NCBI RefSeq assembly: GCF_965213655.1
Contig: NZ_CBDBZT010000003.1
Coordinates: forward strand, 3,022,307 to 3,086,306
DNA: 64,000 nucleotides
Source of the DNA: Candidatus Palauibacter sp.
GTDB lineage: Bacteria > Gemmatimonadota > Gemmatimonadetes > Palauibacterales > Palauibacteraceae
Reading direction: 5' to 3'
Shown here piece after piece: positions 28,717 through 35,614 of the stretch (within the stretch, counting starts at the first letter, position 1; each line of letters begins with the position of its first letter). The notes below the pieces were generated by a model. The model saw only the letters and a list, made by a program, of their open reading frames with translations. It made no database searches and had not been told where the DNA came from. The translations under genes and the position numbers were made by a program.

Positions 28717-28746
28717 CGCCGTTCAATGGACGGGTTTGGTCTGCTT
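28717..28746 (+). repeat. degenerate terminal CRISPR repeat (trailer end)
   Basis: After one more 33-nt spacer, ..GTTCaatggACGGGtttGGtctgc keeps GTTC, ACGGG and GG of the repeat but is otherwise diverged. The IS3 end begins directly after it. Confidence 0.4.
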
Positions 28747-28843
28747 TGAAGTTGCCCCGCTTTCACGGACACCCTTCCATTGGGTCAACCAAGGAGGTGT
28801 GTCGTGGCGGCAAGAGCGGGGTGGTATCCGCGGGAGTACCGGG
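28747..28843 (+). mobile_element. IS3-family left-end fragment (about 97 bp) truncated by the IS21 insertion
   Basis: About 97 bp nearly identical to the left end of the complete IS3 copy at 31649-31745 (tgaagttgccccgctttcacggacaccc..gtgtcgtggcggcaagagcgggg..gagtaccggg). Similarity stops exactly where TGTCAGG of IS21 begins. Confidence 0.6.
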
Positions 28844-28998
28844 TGTCAGGTGATTACCGTGTCGGTAGCGGGTGAAAAAGTGACAGGTATGGCGGCCGAA
28901 AAAGTGACACATCGGTCGTTCCCGTAAGGCCGGGTGGAGCAGCCGCTCCGTCCGGGAACGCAGAACTTGGCGTCTTCCACTTCGAGAGGGAGGCGCCG

Positions 28999-30033
28999 GT
29001 GATCGGATGGGAGCGACGCGTGCTTTTGCGACACTACCTGGACGAAGGACTGACGGTGACGGAGATCTCCCGCGAACTGGGGATCAGCCGTCAGACGATC
29101 TATCGCTGGATCAACGAGGGGGAGCTGGACCGGGACCTCGAGGAGGTCCGCTACGGTCCGCGGCCCCCGGTGCCCACGAAGCTGGATCCGTACAAGGCGA
29201 TCGTGCGGGAGCGGCTTGAGGAGTATCCGGAACTGACGGCGGTCCGGCTGCTGGCGGAGATCCGTGCAGCGGGATACCCCGGCGGCTACACGCAGCTCAG
29301 GGAGTACGTCCGGAAGGTCCGGCCCCGTGCTCCGGCCGACCCTCTCGTGCGGTTCGAGACGGACCCGGGAGTGCAGGGCCAGGTGGACTTCGCCCACTTC
29401 CGCTTCCCGTGGGGCCGCCGCTACCTGCTTCTGGTCGTGCTCGGCTACTCGCGGCTGTTGTGGCTCCGGTTCTACCCGCGGCAGGACATGTCGACGCTGC
29501 TCAAGGGTCTGGAGGCGGCCTTCGGCTTCTTCGGAGGCGTGCCGCGGGAGCTCCTGTTCGACCAGATGAAGAGCGTGATCATCCGGGATCTGAGGGGCGA
29601 GGGCGGCCGCGTGACCGAGAACGCCGAGTTCCTCCGCTTCGCCGCACACTGGGGCTTCCGGCCCAGGGCCTGCCGGCCCTACCGGGCGAAGACGAAGGGG
29701 AAGGTCGAGCGCCCCATCGGCTACGTTCGCAAGAGCTTCACCTACGGTCGCAGCTTCGCCGGCGACGCGGACCTGAACGCGCAGGCCGAGTGGTGGCTCG
29801 GGAGCGTGGCCAACGTCCGGATCCACGGCACCACGCGAGAGCGGCCCGCCGAACGGTTCGAACGCGACGAGCGCCAAGTGCTCAGGCCGCTCGCCCACCG
29901 GCCCTACCACTCGCTCGCGCTGCCCGCCGAACGGGAGCCCGAGAAGGTTCGCCGGCTCGCCTCGGTGCCCCGGGTCACCATCGAACGGCGTCCCCTGGCC
30001 GAGTACGACCGCCTCGCCGCGGGGGTCTCGTGA
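28999..30033 (+). CDS. istA: IS21-family transposase IstA
   Basis: 344 aa with an N-terminal HTH (LTVTEISRELGISRQTIYRWINEG) and a DDE core (..VDFAHFRFPWG..LLVVLGYSRLLW..). Confidence 0.85.
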   Translation: MIGWERRVLLRHYLDEGLTVTEISRELGISRQTIYRWINEGELDRDLEEVRYGPRPPVPTKLDPYKAIVRERLEEYPELTAVRLLAEIRAAGYPGGYTQLREYVRKVRPRAPADPLVRFETDPGVQGQVDFAHFRFPWGRRYLLLVVLGYSRLLWLRFYPRQDMSTLLKGLEAAFGFFGGVPRELLFDQMKSVIIRDLRGEGGRVTENAEFLRFAAHWGFRPRACRPYRAKTKGKVERPIGYVRKSFTYGRSFAGDADLNAQAEWWLGSVANVRIHGTTRERPAERFERDERQVLRPLAHRPYHSLALPAEREPEKVRRLASVPRVTIERRPLAEYDRLAAGVS

Positions 30034-30839
30034 CGCCCGCCAAGCGGCCAAGCCGCCGCGACCGGATCCGTGCCCAGCTCGCCGACCTCAAGCTCCCCGG
30101 CGCGCTCGAGGCCCTCGACCCCATCCTCTCCAGCGTCGACGGAGGCCGCTTCACCGCCGCCGAGGCGATCGAGAAGCTCCTCGCCGCCCAGATCGACCTG
30201 CGCAACAACCGCAGGCTCCAGGCCGCCATGCGCGCCTCCCGGCTCCCAGCCGTGAAGACCCTGGCCGACTTCGACTTCAGCTTCCAGCCCTCGATCAAGC
30301 GCGAGCAGATCGACTCCCTGCACGAACTCTCCTTCCTCGACCGCAAGGAGAACGTCGTCTTCCTCGGGCCCCCGGGCGTCGGGAAGACCCATCTGGCCAT
30401 CTCGCTCGCCGTCGCCACCGCCGAGCGCGGACGGCGCATCTACTACGGCGCCCTGGCCGACCTCATCACCTCTCTCGAGGAGGCACAGGCCGCAGGCCGA
30501 CTCCAGCAACGGCTCAAGGTCCTCACCCACCCGGCCCTGTTGATCGTCGACGAGATCGGATACGTCCCCATCTCGCGCACCGGAGCCACGCTCTTCTTCC
30601 AACTCGTCAACCGGCGCTACGAGACCGGCTCCACCATCCTCACCTCCAACCAGAGCTTCGAGGAGTGGGGCCGCATCTTCGGCGACGAGGTCATGGCCAC
30701 CGCACTGATCGACCGGCTGCTCCACCACTGCCACATCGTCAACATCCGCGGTAACAGCTACCGCATGAGGCAGCACGCCGATGTCTTCAACACCCTCCGC
30801 AACAACCCCTCGACCACGGAGGCCGAGACGTCACCTTGA
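30030..30839 (+). CDS. istB: IS21-family helper ATPase IstB
   Basis: GTG at 30030 overlaps the istA stop (GTGA). Walker A FLGPPGVGKTHLA, Walker B LLIVDEIGY. The 476-aa track ORF is a GC-driven upstream extension. Confidence 0.85.
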   Translation: MTPAKRPSRRDRIRAQLADLKLPGALEALDPILSSVDGGRFTAAEAIEKLLAAQIDLRNNRRLQAAMRASRLPAVKTLADFDFSFQPSIKREQIDSLHELSFLDRKENVVFLGPPGVGKTHLAISLAVATAERGRRIYYGALADLITSLEEAQAAGRLQQRLKVLTHPALLIVDEIGYVPISRTGATLFFQLVNRRYETGSTILTSNQSFEEWGRIFGDEVMATALIDRLLHHCHIVNIRGNSYRMRQHADVFNTLRNNPSTTEAETSP

Positions 30840-30910
30840 GGCTCGTCCCCTCCGGCCGGGTGTCACATTTTCACCCGCCGCATGTGTCACATTTTCGCCC
30901 GCCGTTGACA

Positions 30911-31342
30911 TTACCGTACTTGTACCGACTGTATATCTCCACAAGTCTCGGCTGCACGGCTGCCTATCCGCCTACTGTTCTCTCGATCTGCCAAGGATGC
31001 GGCAGTTATTTCGATGTTTCGATTTGTGTGAGCCGGAGTCCCATAGGCGTGGGGGTTGTAACGATTGATAGGTGTCTGGTTAACAGAAATCTCTAAGGAT
31101 CCATCAAATATGACTGCAGATATTGTCAATACTGAGAACCCTGTCACCATTTCACCCCTCACCGCAGCGCTGGGAGTGCTGGCCGTCAGCTCGTAGCCGG
31201 ATCCGAACAGCACTCTCGCCACGCACTCGATGCTGTCTGGTCGCGCCGCGTAGGACCACTTGGTCGCACCACACCCAGCTATTGCTACTAGCGAGACAAT
31301 CGCGGTCGCCGCCAGTGCTTTTGCTCGCTTCATTTCACCCAC
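30911..31342 (-). CDS. small lipoprotein (143 aa) in a low-GC stretch; its stop lies exactly at the IS21 junction, so it may be C-terminally truncated
   Basis: MGEMKRAKALAATAIVSLVAIAGCGATKW has a lipobox IAGC. GC is lower than the flanks. The TAA stop is formed right after ..GTTGACA. Confidence 0.4.
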   Translation of the reverse strand: MGEMKRAKALAATAIVSLVAIAGCGATKWSYAARPDSIECVARVLFGSGYELTASTPSAAVRGEMVTGFSVLTISAVIFDGSLEISVNQTPINRYNPHAYGTPAHTNRNIEITAASLADRENSRRIGSRAAETCGDIQSVQVR

Positions 31343-31698
31343 TACCGACCTCCGGGCTTAAGGCGTAGATAGGAAGCGCCAGAGTCCACGCATGAAGTCG
31401 TGAGCGAGCAGGTGGCAACAAGAGCCACCCCTAGGTCGTCGTGCGTTCTCCGGGTTCGGGATCCGCTGGCTGAAGAGGAACTGCAAGTCCTGCTAGCTCG
31501 CGGCGGCGAGGGGACCGGGGGACTGCTTCCGGCGTGGACGCGGCCCGATGTCCCTTCGCAACCTCATCCCACTCGTCACACAGGTAAGGTTATCGTGTAC
31601 ACCCGCGCCGCGCCACCTCCGCCACCAGCTTCGCGGGGCTGTCGTCGGGTGGAGTTACCCCGCTTTCACGGACACCTTTCCATTGGGCCAACCAAGGC

Positions 31699-31973
31699 GG
31701 TGTGTCGTGGCGGCAAGAGCGGGGCGGTACCCGCCGGAGTACCGGGAGCGGCTTGTCGAGCTTGCGCAGGCGGGTTGTAGCCCGGGTTTGCTGGCTCGGG
31801 AGTTCGAGCCCTCGGAGCAGACGATCCGGAACTGGGTCCGGCGGGCGGACGTGGACGAGGGGTTCCGTAGCGACGGGCTGACGACGGAGGCGCGCAACGA
31901 ACTGCGGCGCCTGGAGCGTGAGAACAAGCGGCTCAGGATGGAGCGGGACATCCTAAAAAAAGCCGCGGCCTGA
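31699..31973 (+). CDS. IS3-family transposase OrfA (HTH)
   Basis: GTG start, VAARAGRYPPEYRERLVELAQAGCSPGLLAREFEPSEQTIRNWVRRA..LERENKRLRMERDILKKAAA. Ends in the A7G run. Confidence 0.75.
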
Positions 31974-32885
31974 CCACCGCTGCGCGGCGGTGCCCCGCGC
32001 AGGAGAGCGGATCGATCCCCGGCGGGGGTACGCGTTCATGAAGGCGCACCGGGCCGAGTTTCCGCTTCGGGCCATGTGCCGGGTGCTGGGTCTCTCCCCC
32101 AGCGGCTACTACGACTGGCTCAAGCGTCCTGCCTCGGACCGCGCGCGGCGGGACGCGCAACTCGAGGCGCGGATCGGGGCGATCTGGACCGGGAGCGGCG
32201 AGACGTACGGCCGTCCGCGGATCCACGCGACGCTCAGGGCCGAGGGCGAGCGGGTGGGCCAGAAGCGCGTGGGGCGGCTGATGAGGGGCTTGGGGATCGA
32301 GGGCGCGACCAGGCGGCGCTTCAAGACGGCGACGACGAAGAGGGACACCGAGGCCCGGCCCGCGCCGGACCTGGTGAGGCGGGACTTCTCGGCCTCCGGG
32401 CCCGACGAGCTGTGGGTGGCCGACATCACGTATGTGCCCACTTGGGCGGGCTGGCTGTACCTGGCCGTTGTGCTCGACGTCTGGAGCCGTCGCGTCGTCG
32501 GCTGGGCCATGGCGACGCACATGCGGACCGAACTCGTCGAGGCCGCGCTGGCGATGGCCCTCGCGCGCCGTCGTCCCCGGGGGCGCATCGTCCATCACTC
32601 CGACAGGGGCTCGCAGACACTTCTCTCGCCTTCGGGGAGCGCTGCCGCGAGTCGGGCATCGCGCAGTCCATGGGCTCGGCGGGCGACGCGTACGACAACG
32701 CCATGTGCGAGAGCTTCTTCGCGACGCTGGAGTGCGAGCTGATCTGGCGGCGCTCGTTCCGTACTGCGTCCGAGGCCCGGCGAGAGGTGTTCGGCTTCAT
32801 CGAGGGGTTCTACAACACGCGCAGGCTTCACTCGGCCCTCGGCTACGAGTCGCCGGTCAGCTACGAGAGGAACCGTGCGGCCTGA
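31957..32885 (+). pseudogene. IS3-family transposase OrfB (DDE) carrying a 1-nt deletion near 32612
   Basis: N-terminal part through HHSDRGSQ is in the frame of track ORF 31990..32742. The C-terminal part TSLAFGERCRESGIAQSMGSAGDAYDNAMCESFFATLECELIW is in the frame of track ORF 32076..32885. The junction cag-aca-ctt-ctc should read cag-tac-act-tct. Confidence 0.75.
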
Positions 32886-33105
32886 GGCGCACCGCAGGCG
32901 CGCACCCGGAGCCTCTCTCCCGCGTCTGAGAAAGACTGACGGGAACAGCTCCGGAGGTGATCAACCACAGAAGTCAACCGTCCGTGAAAGCGGGACAGCT
33001 CCACGAGTAACGGGCGGCTGTTGGCGGGGGCAGTATCAAAGGCCATCGTCGAGGGGAGCGGAAACGCTGCACCCAGTCGTGCCAGTGTGAGTGAGCGACC
33101 CGGAG

Positions 33106-34080
33106 TCATGAGGTGTGGGTGGTCGGGGAGCCAATGGCTCTAACATATAGGTCCTTATGCGCCAAGATCCGGGTCACTAACCTCTCTCGTAGGTCTTCCA
33201 TGTTTTTCCACATGATGTGGTTGTACTGGCGGGTGTCAAAGTGGGGCTCGGTGCCGTCGCGGCAGCAAAAAATGACCTCAAGCCCCAGGCCGTGAGCGAA
33301 TCCGGCCTCATAGTAGACGCTTCCGCGCGCGCCGTCACTTCCGTGGCTGAAGTCGGCCACCAGAAACCGAGACCGCCGAATCTCCGCGATGACCTTGTTA
33401 TCGATCTGACCTGAGAAGTGCTCCATGTCCACACGGTACGGTCTGTAGCCCGCTTCTTCGATGGCCGGTCTGATCGCTCGGTCGTAGACCTCCTCCATGG
33501 ATTCGTCAAACCACATGGCCACAAACGCTTGCCGCGAATTGACCGATTCGGTCGCGAGTTCGGCGAGATGCCGGTACCCGTCCACCGTGACTCGGCAGAC
33601 GTGGCTATTGGGCTTCAACCGACTGAGCCAGGCCCGCGAAACGAGGTACGCCTCCAAATAGGACAGTTCCGACGCATTGATGCTCTCGGAATGCGCGAGC
33701 GCCTCAAGGCCGTCGTCCTGCGTCGACTGGGATGGAAGTATGTAGTCGTGGCCGAGATGGTCGATCCGACCCGCTATGAATCCGAGAAGCCGTTCTGCGC
33801 GAGTCCACACCGGCAGGTCTTCGCCGTCCTTGGCCCATTGGAGGCGCTTGTCGTCGACCCGAGGCATTTCGTTCCCGCCGTTCCTCTGGTCAACGAGGAA
33901 GGTCGTCAAGCGGGCCTTCCATCTGTCGTCGCAGCTGTCGATCAGCGAGCCGGCGACCGTCCCCGAAATCCAGTATTTCCCGCCGGCTCGCGGAGAATCG
34001 ACTATCCAATTGTCCCCCATGGGAGGATCGAACGCCGCTGCGGTCCCCCAGATCGGACAGCCATCTTGACATGGCATCAC
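33106..34080 (-). CDS. two-domain hypothetical protein; C-terminal domain with an NDT-like/TIR-like (SLOG-fold) signature; candidate defence or toxin-antitoxin component
   Basis: C-terminal region AFVAMWFDESMEEVYDRAIRPAIEEAGY..DNKVIAEIRRSRFLVADFSHGSDGARGSVYYEAGFAHGLGLEVIF follows the FxAxxF .. D..G(T)..E.G.A.G pattern. N-terminal roughly 170 aa is unassigned. Low-GC context. Confidence 0.5.
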   Translation of the reverse strand: MMPCQDGCPIWGTAAAFDPPMGDNWIVDSPRAGGKYWISGTVAGSLIDSCDDRWKARLTTFLVDQRNGGNEMPRVDDKRLQWAKDGEDLPVWTRAERLLGFIAGRIDHLGHDYILPSQSTQDDGLEALAHSESINASELSYLEAYLVSRAWLSRLKPNSHVCRVTVDGYRHLAELATESVNSRQAFVAMWFDESMEEVYDRAIRPAIEEAGYRPYRVDMEHFSGQIDNKVIAEIRRSRFLVADFSHGSDGARGSVYYEAGFAHGLGLEVIFCCRDGTEPHFDTRQYNHIMWKNMEDLRERLVTRILAHKDLYVRAIGSPTTHTS

Positions 34081-34567
34081 GGTGCCTCTCGTGTGACGCT
34101 ACTGTTCTGCTGGTCACATCGGCCACCTTCCCGCTCGGCCGGGTGATCATGGGACGTTCCAGTGCCTCCCGAAAGAACGCCACCGGGGCTGCCAGCATTC
34201 GAACAGTCCGACCGGCGGACCTCCCCCATCTCGACGAGGCCGCGAATCTCATATCTGGCCTTGATCCATTTCATGACCTGGAAGCTGCCGGGCGGAGCCA
34301 GTGCCGGCAATCCCGGTCAACGTCTACAGTGGTGCAGGGGCCGGTCGATCAGCGCGGTGGCCGTGACGCCGAACTCTATCGCGCGAGCCGAACTTGAGTG
34401 TACCCTCTATTCATCATTCATCGTCAGGCGACCCAGCACGGGGCGTGCGTACCGCTCGCACCCGCACGACGGGGGGGTCACGTCGCCTCGACGCTTGCGG
34501 GCCCGGATTTGTGCGACGGGTCCAACCCACGTTAGCATTCGGGTCCGAAAGCCAAGGAGATGAGCGG

Positions 34568-34786
34568 ATGGACGATGTGATGCTGGAACGCCTAATCGAC
34601 CGCCTTAACCGCTTCCAAGCTGACGTCTTCGACCGTTTCGACACGATGGACGACCGCTTCAACCGGCTGGAGGCGAAGCTCGATGCCAACACCGACGGGA
34701 TAAGGGCCCTTGCCGAGGCCGTTGAACTTGTAGCCGCCAAACTCTCCGATCAGATCGCGGTCACGACGGCAACCAGAAGCCCGTGA
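34568..34786 (+). CDS. small coiled-coil hypothetical protein (72 aa)
   Basis: AAGGAG Shine-Dalgarno 9 nt upstream of ATG. MDDVMLERLIDRLNRFQADVFDRFDTMDDRFNRLEAKLDANTDGIRALAEAV.. Confidence 0.3.
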   Translation: MDDVMLERLIDRLNRFQADVFDRFDTMDDRFNRLEAKLDANTDGIRALAEAVELVAAKLSDQIAVTTATRSP

Positions 34787-35370
34787 GATTTCTCACGAAT
34801 CCACCGATGCAACGCCATGCCTCCGGGCGGCTTACGGTCTGCCTACGCTTTCGATTGACGCGAACAAACCAGCTTCCAGCCACAGGAGCAATCGCCCGCG
34901 ATCCGTAGCTGCCGCCCCTTGATTAACAAGACGTCTGTACACCCGCCAGAATTGCCGCGTGGCGCGATGCAGGTGGTGCGTGTCGATTTGGATGGGTGGT
35001 GGCGGAGGTGCTGACGCGGTTGTTTCCCCGCCGCACGAGACGGCGAAGGCAACCGCCGCCGCGAGGGGTTCGGATTCGAGTCACTCGGCGTCCTCCGGCC
35101 CTTCGCTTTCCCCACGGCCCCGCCGAGAGACTCCCGACTTACGCGGTCTCGCCCTTCACAGCTGAACCGGCGAATCTTTCGGCCGAGAGATCGGTTTCAT
35201 CTCATCCGGCAGCAGATCCAACGGGTAGGGAATTCCCGCTAAACGATCCGGTATTCCGGCTGTAGCGCGACGATCGCGTCGGGTGTCATCCAACGACAAG
35301 AAGCGCAGATCGTGCAGTCCCAGTTGACTTGAACGATTTCTTGTCGTGCATCACAAACGCCGATCGACGA

Positions 35371-35412
35371 TTTGCAAGCAGGAGGTCGTCGGTTCGAATC
35401 CGATCGGCTCCA
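35371..35412 (+). other. 3' remnant of an Ala-type tRNA or tmRNA (T-arm GTCGG-TTCGAAT-CCGAT, acceptor 3' strand CGGCTCC with U70, discriminator A) lacking the 5' half; putative att-site core
   Basis: Canonical T-loop GGTTCGAATCC and 3' acceptor strand. TTTGCAA lies where the anticodon loop (UGC) would be, but no pairing 5' anticodon stem, D-arm or 5' acceptor strand (GG[GA]GCCG) is present upstream. Confidence 0.55.
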
Positions 35413-35490
35413 TTCCCCGCCGTCGAAATCCGCAACAACTCTCCCCGCTGGTCGGATCGCAGGTTCTCCCTCACGTTCGGTGTGGCGCCA

Positions 35491-35551
35491 GTGTTGCAAA
35501 CGTGCTAGCATATGTACTGCAATCATGTAGTTGTAAGTGTTGCAATCGTGT
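35491..35551. promoter_or_regulatory. AT-rich promoter region with direct repeats GTGTTGCAA(A/T)CGTG x2 and TACTGCAATCATG
   Basis: 14-bp direct repeats at 35491-35504 and 35538-35551, about 65-125 bp upstream of the GTG start at 35615. Confidence 0.3.
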
Positions 35552-35614
35552 CAATGTGAGAAACCTGTCGCCGTCGGATTACCATGCGCCGACTCGAGTA
35601 GGGAGGATCACACG

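Larger units (their letters stand above)
28844..30910 (+). mobile_element. IS21-family insertion sequence (istA-istB), about 2.07 kb; the right boundary could extend to about 30935
   Basis: Left terminus TGTCAGGTGATTACCG.. has repeated GTGAAAAAGTGACA motifs. The right end has GTGTCACATTTTCACCCGCC repeated twice in inverse orientation and ends ..GTTGACA. Confidence 0.8.
31649..33003 (+). mobile_element. IS3-family insertion sequence, about 1.36 kb, with imperfect terminal inverted repeats
   Basis: Left end TGGAGTTACCCCGCTTTCACGGACACC. The right end ..CCGTCCGTGAAAGCGGGACAGCTCCA is its inverted complement. Carries orfA and orfB. Confidence 0.8.

Noticed and set aside
25878-28772. More than ten overlapping ORFs of 60-350 aa on both strands with reiterated GLSPPVRGN / SIPARAGEP / VYPRPCGGT peptides
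   Set aside because: They are translations of the 28-nt CRISPR repeat in different frames. The periodic peptide motifs track the 61-nt repeat period exactly. None is a gene.
29409-30839. 476-aa ORF fusing the istA-antisense frame with istB
   Set aside because: Recognisable IstB sequence starts only at the GTG at 30030, where it overlaps the istA stop in the standard IS21 arrangement. Upstream residues are GC filler overlapping istA in another frame.
30781-31100. Small ORFs 30781..31068 and 30836..31096 at the IS21 right end
   Set aside because: They span the terminal inverted repeats of IS21 and the junction. There is no RBS or conservation, and they are better explained as non-coding IS terminus.
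35064-35412. Possible full tmRNA (ssrA): GGGGTTCGGATTCGAG at 35064 resembles the tmRNA 5' end, and the 3' end is tRNA-Ala-like at the right distance (about 350 nt)
   Set aside because: The 5' acceptor strand would need two G-U pairs and a mismatch to pair with CGGCTCC. No reading frame inside ends with a ..(Y)ALAA-type tag followed by a stop. I treat the 3' segment as an att remnant instead. A tmRNA-mode ARAGORN run should be used to confirm.
35337-35412. Complete tRNA-Ala(UGC) gene
   Set aside because: Only positions from about 32 onward fit. No GG[GA]GCCG 5' acceptor strand, no D-arm, and the stretch where the 5' anticodon stem should be (GACGA) cannot pair with GCAGG.
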